From the IMG/VR virus record IMGVR_UViG_3300036761_003779, positions 1-64,000 of that record: a DNA stretch of 64,000 nucleotides; one strand, written 5' to 3'. This stretch comes from a virus. This document shows, piece after piece, positions 18,467-26,971 of this stretch. The notes under the pieces were generated by a model. The model had not been told where the DNA came from. It searched no databases and saw only the letters and a program-made list of their open reading frames with translations. Within the stretch, counting starts at the first letter, position 1. Each line of letters starts with the position of its first letter. Position numbers and translations under genes: made by a program.

Positions 18467-21337
18467 TCATCTGGCAGTAGACCGGATGCGTGGGCTCCGG
18501 CGCAGCTCCTCGATGTCCTCCGGCCGGAGGAGGGCGCGCGCGTTCTCCCGGATCTGGGCCACCGCCTTGGCGACCCGCTTCGGGTCGAGGAGCCATCGCT
18601 GGTACCGCTCGACCAGCTCCCCCCGCCGGCGCCGCTTCTCGACGAACCACGCCTGCCAGTCCCGCTCCGGGAAGCAGACCTCCAGGATCCGGAGGCTGGC
18701 CGGATAGATCACGCGGTCCCAGTAGTATTCCGCCGCGTACCGGATGCCGCCGGCCGCCTCCTCGAAGTCCTCCCGGGTGACCCCCTGGAGGGTCGGCTTC
18801 GTCCCGGTCACCACGTACTCGATCTTCATCCCCACGTAGTATTCCCGCCCGTGCTCCCGGATCTCGTCCGCCAGCTTCACGTGGAGGGTCTTCGTCTTGT
18901 AGCGTTCCGGGTCCTTCGAGATCCCCTTCGAGATGCAGACCTCGTCCGCGCTCAGCCGCCCCTCCGCGCAGCGGGTGAACTCCGGGGCAACGATGTCCCG
19001 CTCGATCTCATCCCCGCTCAGCCGGTCCATGAGGATGGCGTCGAGGACCCGCTGCTGGAGCCGGCGCGTCATCCCGGAGAAGTCCGACCGCATGACCTCG
19101 AGCCCCTTCACCTCCACGTGGTCCGTGATCGCGCCCTTGTGCGCCAGCATGCGGCCCGCGTACCTCTTCTTGCAGACGAAGAAGATCCGGTCGAAGACGT
19201 CCTCGAACTCCAGCTCGACCATGTTCCACTTCAGGTTGCAGCCGCACCCCTCCAGGATCCGGAAGTAGCGGTCCTGGCAGTAGGCGGCGAACCGCTTGCC
19301 GATGGCGTCCAGCTCCGCGGCCCGCGCCTCCTCCGTCTCCCACTCCCGGTCGGAGGGCGCAAGCTGGATGTAGATGGAGTCCGTGTCCCCGTAAAGCGGC
19401 GAAAAGCCGTTCTCCTTGGCGTACTCCGCCGTCTTGAGGATGAAGGACCGCCCGGAGAGGGTGATGGACTCCGCCAGCTCCGTGTCGTAGTAGCGGCTCC
19501 GCGGGTTCCCCATGTCCCCGTAGAAGCTCAGGCCCAGCCGCTTGAAGGAATAGGCCAGGCGGTAGTACAGGAGGTACATGTCGTCCTGGGTGGTCCCGGT
19601 CACCTTCAGCCGCTCGTGCTGGAGGTCCGTGTACTTCTTCCGCCGCTCCAGCGTCTTGACGAACATCTGGGAGATGTACCCCTCCCGGTCGAGCCGGAAG
19701 GTCGAGCCGCCCTTCGTCTCCCCGGAGTCCACCACGACCTCCGGGCAGCGGCACAGCTCCCCGGGCGCGTAGCTCCCCCGCTCCTCCTCCTTGACGATGG
19801 TCTCCGGGCTGATGTTGAAGGCCCGGACCATCGACGGGTACAGGCTCTTGAAGTCGAAGGCCGCCACGTTCCGGTGCATCCCGACGACGGGTGGGAAGAC
19901 GTAGGCGCCCTCGTAGGGCTCCGGGCGGCCCGGGCTCCAGTACCGGGTGATGAAGTGGTGCCCCTCCTTGAAGCCCTTCTTCAGGAGGAGCTGGTCGATC
20001 TTGGTCGAGATGTTCCAGTCGTTCGGGAAGCCGTTGGCCACGCGGCAGAAGATCTGCTCGATGGCCACGAAGCCCGTGAACGCCTCCAGCTTCCGGAGGA
20101 TCTTGGCGTCGTAGCGGTTGTACTCCTCGAGCAGCTCCGGGTCGTGCCGGTAGAGGTTGATGAACTTCGGGACCACCCCCGGGTGGCGCTCCCGAAAGGG
20201 CTTGCGCCAGTCGATCTTCCGCATCTTGAGGACCTTGTCCCCAATGGAGCCCAGCCCGAAGGACACCGCGTCCGCGCCGGCCCGGATGTAGTGGCGCTTG
20301 AAGACCGGGAGCGGGTCCGCGAAGAGGTGCTTCCGCCAGTCGATCTGGATCCGGTGTTTCCGCATCCGGTAGATGATGACCGGGAAGTCGAACCCAAAGC
20401 CGTTCCAGGCGGCGATGACGTCGTACTTCTCCACGCAGAGCCGCTTCCACTCGAGGAGCATCTCCCGCTCCGCCTCGTCCGTCTCCGCCCGGAGGCGGAG
20501 GAAGCCGCAGTCCTCCGGGTCCTGCTCGAAGTGGTCCCCCTCCCAGGCGATGGACAGGATCCGGTTCTGCTCCTTCCGGTCGAAGCCGCCCACGGAGTCG
20601 TCCGTCTCGATGTCGAAGAAGCCCATGCGGTAGTGCGCCTGGACGTGGAGGTCGTAGTCCGTCAGGAACCGCTGCTTGGGGGTGAGGTCCGCCTCCAGCG
20701 GCTCGAGCCCCTTCCGGCGGCACCACTCGACGGTCTCATGAATAGGCGTCCACCGCTCCCGGTCCTGCGGGAAGCGGACGGCGTGCGGCCGCTCCCCCAG
20801 GACGTAGGGCGCCATCCACATCGCCCCGGCCTCCGGGTCCCCCACCCGGCGGAAGCAGGCGTCGTGGTCGATCTTGGGGTACTTGTAGGGCACGTACACG
20901 CGGACGAAGCGGTCCGGGAAGTCCGGGTCCGGGACCACCCGCTTGGCGTGGTTCCGGCAGAGCCAGGCCCACTTCTCCGCCGGCACGCGCTCGTAGTCCG
21001 CCCGGCTCAGGAAGAAGTACCACTCGAACGGGTGGACCTCCTTGACCCGCTTCCCCGTCGCCGGGTCCCGGGACATGAGGACGATGTCCTCCCCCTCCGA
21101 CCAGCCGTGGTAATACTCCCGGTCGTTGAAGAAGCGGGCGTCCTTCATCTCGTCGAAGTCCGCGGCGTCCCGGAGGTCCACCACGTCCCGCTTGTCGTGG
21201 ACCTGCTCCGCGTCGATCTGTTGGGCGTAGAAGGCCCGCTGCGCGACCTTCTTCTTCCCGTCGAAGTCGCCGACCAGCCCCTGGCTGTCCGCGTCGCTCA
21301 GGAGCGAAGCGCCCGCCCGGAAAGCGCCGCCCGCCAC
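18467..21337 (-). CDS. Family B DNA polymerase
   Basis: Exonuclease FFDIET, AWNGFGFDFP, YNRYD; polymerase FDFKSLYPS, K..GLSFYG, YGDTDS, KKRY, KGLE; start position approximate. Confidence 0.95.
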   Translation of the reverse strand: MAGGAFRAGASLLSDADSQGLVGDFDGKKKVAQRAFYAQQIDAEQVHDKRDVVDLRDAADFDEMKDARFFNDREYYHGWSEGEDIVLMSRDPATGKRVKEVHPFEWYFFLSRADYERVPAEKWAWLCRNHAKRVVPDPDFPDRFVRVYVPYKYPKIDHDACFRRVGDPEAGAMWMAPYVLGERPHAVRFPQDRERWTPIHETVEWCRRKGLEPLEADLTPKQRFLTDYDLHVQAHYRMGFFDIETDDSVGGFDRKEQNRILSIAWEGDHFEQDPEDCGFLRLRAETDEAEREMLLEWKRLCVEKYDVIAAWNGFGFDFPVIIYRMRKHRIQIDWRKHLFADPLPVFKRHYIRAGADAVSFGLGSIGDKVLKMRKIDWRKPFRERHPGVVPKFINLYRHDPELLEEYNRYDAKILRKLEAFTGFVAIEQIFCRVANGFPNDWNISTKIDQLLLKKGFKEGHHFITRYWSPGRPEPYEGAYVFPPVVGMHRNVAAFDFKSLYPSMVRAFNISPETIVKEEERGSYAPGELCRCPEVVVDSGETKGGSTFRLDREGYISQMFVKTLERRKKYTDLQHERLKVTGTTQDDMYLLYYRLAYSFKRLGLSFYGDMGNPRSRYYDTELAESITLSGRSFILKTAEYAKENGFSPLYGDTDSIYIQLAPSDREWETEEARAAELDAIGKRFAAYCQDRYFRILEGCGCNLKWNMVELEFEDVFDRIFFVCKKRYAGRMLAHKGAITDHVEVKGLEVMRSDFSGMTRRLQQRVLDAILMDRLSGDEIERDIVAPEFTRCAEGRLSADEVCISKGISKDPERYKTKTLHVKLADEIREHGREYYVGMKIEYVVTGTKPTLQGVTREDFEEAAGGIRYAAEYYWDRVIYPASLRILEVCFPERDWQAWFVEKRRRRGELVERYQRWLLDPKRVAKAVAQIRENARALLRPEDIEELRRSPRIRSTAR

Positions 21338-21888
21338 CGCGCCGCCTCCGCCTCCCGCGCCGTCCACCGCCGGAGAGTCGCCACCGGGTGCCGGAGGAGG
21401 ACCGCCTCCGCCAGCGTCCCGTCCACCCTCCTCTTCGCCCCGAAGCTGCTTAACCCGAGGTGGGCGCCAGCCGCCCGTCCGAGGACCAGGATGATCCTCA
21501 GGCTCGTCAAGGAGGTCATCTCCAAGGTCAGGTGGGTCCTCGCGCATGCGTCAACCTCCGCCGGAGTCGGGCCCCGGTTCCCTGGAGTAGCGCATTTGAG
21601 CGCATTCGTGGAGTAGACCGCGGAGAGGTCCAGGCCGGAGAGCCGCGCCAGCTCCCAGAAGGCCCGCTCCGCGCCCTGAAGTTTTGGTGGAACTTTCCCA
21701 TACCGCTGGAACACCGCCAGGTATGGGATGACAAAGGCGCCCTTCACGCCGTCCGCCGCCCGGACCGCCGGGTTGATCCCGACCACCGCGACCTCCGCGT
21801 CCCCCGGCCCGAACCCCACGCATCGCGGGAGGCCGGAGGAACCCAGCGGGCACGCCCGGCAGTCCGCGGTCTCCCGCCGGAGGATCAC
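21298..21888 (-). CDS. Uracil-DNA glycosylase superfamily protein (family 4-like, Fe-S Cys)
   Basis: CRACPL, VVGINP, YSTNALKC..NRGP..E...C, LVLGR, LRHP. Confidence 0.85.
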   Translation of the reverse strand: MILRRETADCRACPLGSSGLPRCVGFGPGDAEVAVVGINPAVRAADGVKGAFVIPYLAVFQRYGKVPPKLQGAERAFWELARLSGLDLSAVYSTNALKCATPGNRGPTPAEVDACARTHLTLEMTSLTSLRIILVLGRAAGAHLGLSSFGAKRRVDGTLAEAVLLRHPVATLRRWTAREAEAARWRAALSGRALRS

Positions 21889-22418
21889 GGCTCCTCGAGG
21901 TGCAGGCTCCCGATGAGGAGGGTCAGGCGGGTCTCCCGGTAGGTGACCGCCTCTGACATCCCCACGACGCTCCACGCCACCCAGAGGTGGTTCAGGACGT
22001 CCAGCGGGAGGAGCGGGACCGCCCGCTCGCTCCGCATGAACCCCAGGACGTGGAGGGCGTCCTTGCGGCCGCGGAGGACCTGGATCGCGGACGGGCACTT
22101 CGGGGGCGGGAGGACGGAGACCATCCGCCGGGAGGTCCGCTCCTCCCCCGGGAAGCGCAGGCGGAGGGCGCGCGAGTGCGCCCGGTAGTCCTCCGCCTCC
22201 GCGTCCCAGTGCTCGAGGAGCGCCGGGTCCATCTTCCTCACCAGCCCCCGCGCCGCGTCCTCCCCGTCCAGGAGCCGCTCCGTCGAGAGCCGGAGGACCG
22301 CGCCGGCCGCCTCCCGCCAGTTCCGCCCGTCGACGCGGACCAGCGCCCCCGTCTGCCGGACCTCCTCGACCGCGCGCTCGACCGCGCGCTCGATCTGCTC
22401 CGCCAGCTCCGCGCTCAT
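21885..22418 (-). CDS. Short thymidylate-synthase-fold protein, dCMP-modifying type
   Basis: SRR..PPKCPSAIQVL..FMRS..D..IGSLHL aligns by eye to T4 dCMP hydroxymethylase motifs. Confidence 0.7.
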   Translation of the reverse strand: MSAELAEQIERAVERAVEEVRQTGALVRVDGRNWREAAGAVLRLSTERLLDGEDAARGLVRKMDPALLEHWDAEAEDYRAHSRALRLRFPGEERTSRRMVSVLPPPKCPSAIQVLRGRKDALHVLGFMRSERAVPLLPLDVLNHLWVAWSVVGMSEAVTYRETRLTLLIGSLHLEEP

Positions 22419-23428
22419 CTCTGCCGCCCCTCCCAGCCGGGGAACGCCTCCGCCAGCTTGTCCGCAAAGCGCCACTCGTGGTTCGCCTCGACGCCCCCGC
22501 CCTCCCGGATGTCCATCCACTCGAACTTGAGCGCCGTTCGGAGGTCCGGCTCCGTCATCCTCCCGACGCCCAGGACCTCCTGGAGCCGGTCGAGGTCCTC
22601 CGGCGCGTGGACAAAGTCCCCCTTGTAGTCGAGGTCGGCGCGCCACTCCGGGTCGAGGTCCACGCCCGTCACCTCCTCCACCATCCGCACGATCTCCCCG
22701 TACTGGAGCCAGAGCCCGGAGGCCACCGGGATCTTCCCGGAGAGCCGCTTCTCCGCCGCGTGGGTGATGACCTCCGCGATGAACTCGTGCGGCGTCACCT
22801 CCTTCACCTTCAGCGGGTCGAGCGGGAGGAACGGCCGGCGGTCGTAGACCCCGGCCGCGCACTTGAGGAGGTCCGCCACGCAGGAGTTCCCGTCCCGCAT
22901 CCCGCCGAAGCCAAAGGACGGGTAGACCTGGAGGAGGTGGTCCTGGACCCCACGCTCCCGGAAGGTCGACTCCATCAGGAGGCGCCCGGCCAGCTTGGTC
23001 ATCCCGTAGCGGGTGAGCGGGTTCGCCGGCGTCCGGTTCACCTCGATGGGGCGGTCCAGCCCGTAGGCGGCCGGCTCCATCTCCGCGGCGGTGGCAAGTA
23101 GGACCGTGTAGACCCCGCGCCGGGAGAGGACGTCCGCCAGCGCCTGGACCGCGGACACGTTGCAGCTCCAGGCGTCCTCCGCGTGCGCCTCGCAGCGGGT
23201 CGTCCCCACGAGCGCGCCGGAGTGGAAGAAGGCGTCCGGCCGCTCCGCGTCGAGCCAGGCCAGGTAGACCGGGCTCCGGAAGTCCGGCTCCTCCGCCCCG
23301 GTGGACGGGCTGACCCAGCGCGGGACCTCCTGCGCCGGCGGGGAGACCCGGACGTGCCCCGCCGTCTTCAGGTACTCGTCCAGGACGGACGCCAGCATCC
23401 CGCTGTCACCAGTGAGTGCGTACCTCAT
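22415..23428 (-). CDS. NAD(P)-dependent NDP-sugar epimerase/reductase (extended SDR, RmlD-like)
   Basis: LTGDSGMLA, HSGA, NV, YGMTK catalytic motif. Confidence 0.85.
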   Translation of the reverse strand: MRYALTGDSGMLASVLDEYLKTAGHVRVSPPAQEVPRWVSPSTGAEEPDFRSPVYLAWLDAERPDAFFHSGALVGTTRCEAHAEDAWSCNVSAVQALADVLSRRGVYTVLLATAAEMEPAAYGLDRPIEVNRTPANPLTRYGMTKLAGRLLMESTFRERGVQDHLLQVYPSFGFGGMRDGNSCVADLLKCAAGVYDRRPFLPLDPLKVKEVTPHEFIAEVITHAAEKRLSGKIPVASGLWLQYGEIVRMVEEVTGVDLDPEWRADLDYKGDFVHAPEDLDRLQEVLGVGRMTEPDLRTALKFEWMDIREGGGVEANHEWRFADKLAEAFPGWEGRQR

Positions 23429-23924
23429 GTATGACCTCCTCCTCGCTTCGGTTCGTGTCGATGACGTGGACCTCCCCGCCCAGGTCCCGGTACAGCCGCG
23501 CCGCCTCCCGGAAGGCGTCCAGCTGCTCCCGGAGCCGCCGCGGGGGGCGTCCGCCGCGCCGCGTCGCGCGCGCCTCGAGGACCTCCGCCGGCGCCTCGAG
23601 GACAAAGACCCGGGCGTCCCCCGCCGCCCGGGCCACCTCCCGGACAAAGTCCCAGGGGACCGGGCGGCCGCGGAGCCCGTCGTACACCACGTTCGAGAGG
23701 ACCCAGCGGTCCACGATCGCGCGGAGGAACGGGGCGAGGGCGGCCACCGTCAGCGCGTGTTGCGCGCCGTGGACCTGGAGGTCCCGAGACGTCAGCGGGT
23801 GGAGCCAGGTCAGCTCCCCGTGCCGGCCCGGATCATCGAAGACCGGGAGGTCGTAGAGCGAGGCCAGCGACTTAGCCAGCGTGGACTTGCCCACGCAATT
23901 GGCGCCCTCGAGGACGCGGATCAC
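23406..23924 (-). CDS. dNMP (thymidylate-kinase-like) kinase
   Basis: LEGANCVGKST P-loop, IVDRW..S..VY. Confidence 0.85.
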   Translation of the reverse strand: MIRVLEGANCVGKSTLAKSLASLYDLPVFDDPGRHGELTWLHPLTSRDLQVHGAQHALTVAALAPFLRAIVDRWVLSNVVYDGLRGRPVPWDFVREVARAAGDARVFVLEAPAEVLEARATRRGGRPPRRLREQLDAFREAARLYRDLGGEVHVIDTNRSEEEVIHEVRTHW

Positions 23925-25087
23925 GGCCGCCTCGACGCGGACCAGTCCGCGGAGAGGTCCCGCGGCTCCCGCTCCTCCCCGGACGGTCCGGCGGAGAAGC
24001 CGCCCGTGGGGTCCGCGGCGTCCCCGGCCATCACGGTGAAGAGGTCCGCCTCCTCCGCGCTCCCCGGCTCGTAGCCGAAGAGGAAGCGATCCCGGGCGGA
24101 AAGCGGCCAGCCCTCCGGGCGGTCCTCCCCGGCGTCCGGGATCCGGACGCCCAGCTGCGCGGCGATGGTCGCCCGGTCCGAGCAGCTCTCGTTGAAGTCC
24201 GCCACGCTGTAGTCCAGGTCCGGCGCCCCCGGCGCGGAGCGGACCCGGTTCCGGCCGCAGCTCCGGAACAGGCACCCGAACGCCTCCGACATCGTGTGCG
24301 CCTTGTGATAGCCGCACGCCCCGGAGAAGTCGCAGCCCGGGCGGAGGTGCATCCCGAGGAGCGGGAAGGCGTCCCACTTCAGGAGCCGGTCCCGGAGGAG
24401 CCAGGCCACCGCCACGGTGTCCTCCGCCTCGGAGAAGGTCATCCGCCGGGCGCACATCCCCTTCAGCGCCATGAAGTTGATGCTCAGGGAGAAGCGGTGG
24501 ACCACGGAGATCGGGAGCGCCGTCCGCGCCTCCTGCCAGCTCCCCTTCCCCGCCTCCACGATCTCCCGGTAGACGTCCTTGGCGTGACGCGCCAGGGAGA
24601 CCAGGCCCGCGAGCTTCCGCTCGTCCCGGAAGGACGCCTCGTGGAAGCGGAACGGGATGTCCAGGTGGTTATTGTCCCGCGTCCCCATCGACGCGAAGAC
24701 CACGCCGAGCCGCGCCCGAGCGATCTGCTCGAAGGACCACCGGGAGAGGTTCTCCACGGAGAAGGTGAACTGGGGCGCCTCCATCGCCAGGGGGAGCGCC
24801 TGACCGCGGAGGACCGCGCGGACGACCGCCTCCCGCGCCTCCGGGGAGGCGTCCTCCCAGCGCTGCCGCATCGAGGTCCGCCAGGTCCCCCAGGTCGACG
24901 TGGCCATGCAGTACATGGCCCGGTAGGGGTTCCGCGAGGCGTCGAGGAGGTCCACGCGGATCCCCTCCACGCCCCGGTAGAAGCGGGTGTCGAACTCCGG
25001 GGAGGCGGAGGGCGCCGTCCCCATCAGCTCCCGGAGCTTCCGCAACTCCTCCACGCGCTCCGCGCCCGTCTTGACATCCGTGCTCAT
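23921..25087 (-). CDS. Divergent ThyX-like flavin-dependent enzyme
   Basis: E..QFTF.V..LSR...QIARAR, QEARTALP, N..AL...CARR; the canonical RHRx7S motif is altered. Confidence 0.75.
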   Translation of the reverse strand: MSTDVKTGAERVEELRKLRELMGTAPSASPEFDTRFYRGVEGIRVDLLDASRNPYRAMYCMATSTWGTWRTSMRQRWEDASPEAREAVVRAVLRGQALPLAMEAPQFTFSVENLSRWSFEQIARARLGVVFASMGTRDNNHLDIPFRFHEASFRDERKLAGLVSLARHAKDVYREIVEAGKGSWQEARTALPISVVHRFSLSINFMALKGMCARRMTFSEAEDTVAVAWLLRDRLLKWDAFPLLGMHLRPGCDFSGACGYHKAHTMSEAFGCLFRSCGRNRVRSAPGAPDLDYSVADFNESCSDRATIAAQLGVRIPDAGEDRPEGWPLSARDRFLFGYEPGSAEEADLFTVMAGDAADPTGGFSAGPSGEEREPRDLSADWSASRRP

Positions 25088-26064
25088 CTCGTCCTCCTCT
25101 CCCGGGCGATCCGGAGGACCGCCTCAAGCGCCCGCGCCGGGTCCGCCGCGCGGTGGGCCCCGGCGACCTCTCGCCCCGCGTTCAGCTCGTTCTCGACCAG
25201 GACCACGGGCACGCCCGCGGAGACCACCTCCGCCGCAATGACCGGGTCGTCCTCCAGCATCGCCAGGAGCCCGGGGAACCGCTCCACGATCCGCCGGTGC
25301 TTCTCCCGGTCGAAGAGGACCGCCTCGTGCCGGAGCCCGTTGGCGTCGAGCCACTCCAGGGTGTCCGCGTAGATCCGGCTGAAGCGCCAGTAAGGCCGCG
25401 CGGAGAGGAGGACCACGTTCAGCCCCTCCGCCCGGAGCCCGTCGAGGAGCGCCTTCGCGCCCGCCCGGACGCGCTGCTCCCGCTTCGCGCCGCTCTCCCG
25501 GTAGCGGTCCTTGAGCTCAAGGTAGCGCCGCGCCCCCAGCTCCCCCCGGAGCGCGGAGAGGAAGGGCACGTCCCCGCGCCGCTCGAAGGAGAACTCCGGA
25601 ACGGTCTGGCAGACCCACTCGCAGAACACGGCCGGGTAGTCCGAGAGGACCCCGTCGATGTCGACGGCCACGACCCGCTCCGACCCGGGCGGGATGGCCC
25701 GGAGGCGCTGCTCCATCCCGTAGCGGTACTCGACCACCTGGGTCTTCCGCTCGAACTCCTCCTCGATCTCCTCCGCGGAGAAGTCCCAGACGTTGGCCAG
25801 CCCGAGGAGGAACTTGAGGCAGTCGATCCACTCCTCCAGCACGTTCGTCCGGATCACCGGGTCCGGGCTCTGGCGGTGCATCTTCCAGGAGGTCTCCCCC
25901 AGCAGCTCGTGAAGCTCCCCCTCCACGTGGAGGACGAACTCCTTGGACCAGTGGATCCGGTCCGTCGGGGAGAGCGCCCGGACGTCCCCCAGGCCGCGGT
26001 CTGCGAAGAAGCGCCGGTTGAACTCCATCTGCCTCGCCAGGAGGTCCCTGAACGCCTCAGACAT
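25084..26064 (-). CDS. MazG/dimeric dUTPase-dCTPase domain fused to a HAD nucleotidase
   Basis: E..ELL..SWK.H..EEWID..KF; C-terminal VDIDGVL, SARP, EDD. Confidence 0.85.
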   Translation of the reverse strand: MSEAFRDLLARQMEFNRRFFADRGLGDVRALSPTDRIHWSKEFVLHVEGELHELLGETSWKMHRQSPDPVIRTNVLEEWIDCLKFLLGLANVWDFSAEEIEEEFERKTQVVEYRYGMEQRLRAIPPGSERVVAVDIDGVLSDYPAVFCEWVCQTVPEFSFERRGDVPFLSALRGELGARRYLELKDRYRESGAKREQRVRAGAKALLDGLRAEGLNVVLLSARPYWRFSRIYADTLEWLDANGLRHEAVLFDREKHRRIVERFPGLLAMLEDDPVIAAEVVSAGVPVVLVENELNAGREVAGAHRAADPARALEAVLRIARERRTR

Positions 26065-26959
26065 GGGACACCAGGTCCCGGAGCGCCTCCTCCGCCACGT
26101 CGTGGAGCCGGATCCGGTGGTCCCAGCGGGCCATCCTCCCCATGTGCCGGACCAGCCCGCCGGACTCCTCCGCCGGCCGCGGCTCCCCGAGGACCTGGAG
26201 GAGGGCGTCCCGGACGACCCAGGAGCCGTTCACCACCTCGGGGAACCAGGGCGGGGTGTCCCCGTTGAACTCGTAGGCGAAGGTCCCGCCGGGGAGGATC
26301 GTGACCCGGTCAAACGGGATGCGCGGGTCCGTCACGTAGACCCAGCGGAGGCCGGCGTCCCGCGCCACCCGGAGGGCGTCCGCCCAGGCCATCCCCTCCG
26401 CAAAGGACTTCCTCCCGATGCACCAGGTCCCCTCCCGCCGGAGGAGCCCGTCGAAGGCCGGCGCCGGGAGGGTGTTCACCAGCAGGCCGGTCTCGTACAG
26501 CTCGTCCCCCGCCTCGACGCGCACGCGCCCCGTGGCGGGCTCGGGTCGGACGAACGAGACCTTACCCAGCCAGACGCGCACGCGCGCCTCCAGGGCTGCG
26601 CAGAGGGCATCGACGGTGGTACGGAAGCACGTCAGGAGCCCGGGCGCCCCGGAGGAGACCGCGGAGGAGGGCGCCGCCGCCGGCCGCCCGCTCCGGCGGA
26701 GGTACTCCGCCCGCTCACCCGGCGTGACGTCCTGCGTCACCCCCCGGGGACCCCAGAAGCCGAACCGGACCTCCTCCGTGTCCGCCGGGAGGCCGAGGTC
26801 CCGGAGGACCGCGGCCATGCCCGGGGAGGACCAGAGGTGGCTCGGGGCCAGGCGCCGCGTCTCCGCGTCCCCGCCCGGCCGCTCCCCCAGGCAGGGCGCC
26901 CGGAGGAGGTGGGCGCAGAGGAGGCCGACCGGCCCCGCCCCAATCACGAGAGCGTCCAT
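26057..26959 (-). CDS. FAD-dependent oxidoreductase, UDP-galactopyranose-mutase/HemY-like
   Basis: VIGAGPVGL, LVNTLP, WVYV.DP.IPF.RVT, GRMARWDH. Confidence 0.7.
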   Translation of the reverse strand: MDALVIGAGPVGLLCAHLLRAPCLGERPGGDAETRRLAPSHLWSSPGMAAVLRDLGLPADTEEVRFGFWGPRGVTQDVTPGERAEYLRRSGRPAAAPSSAVSSGAPGLLTCFRTTVDALCAALEARVRVWLGKVSFVRPEPATGRVRVEAGDELYETGLLVNTLPAPAFDGLLRREGTWCIGRKSFAEGMAWADALRVARDAGLRWVYVTDPRIPFDRVTILPGGTFAYEFNGDTPPWFPEVVNGSWVVRDALLQVLGEPRPAEESGGLVRHMGRMARWDHRIRLHDVAEEALRDLVSHV

Positions 26960-26971
26960 GTCTCCCCTCCT

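Noticed and set aside
18251-21616. 1121-aa plus-strand ORF, and similar long plus-strand ORFs at 25943, 41385, 52179 and 58520
   Set aside because: Shadow ORFs caused by GC-rich codon bias on the coding strand; unlike the two HNH genes they have no motifs, RBS or compositional shift
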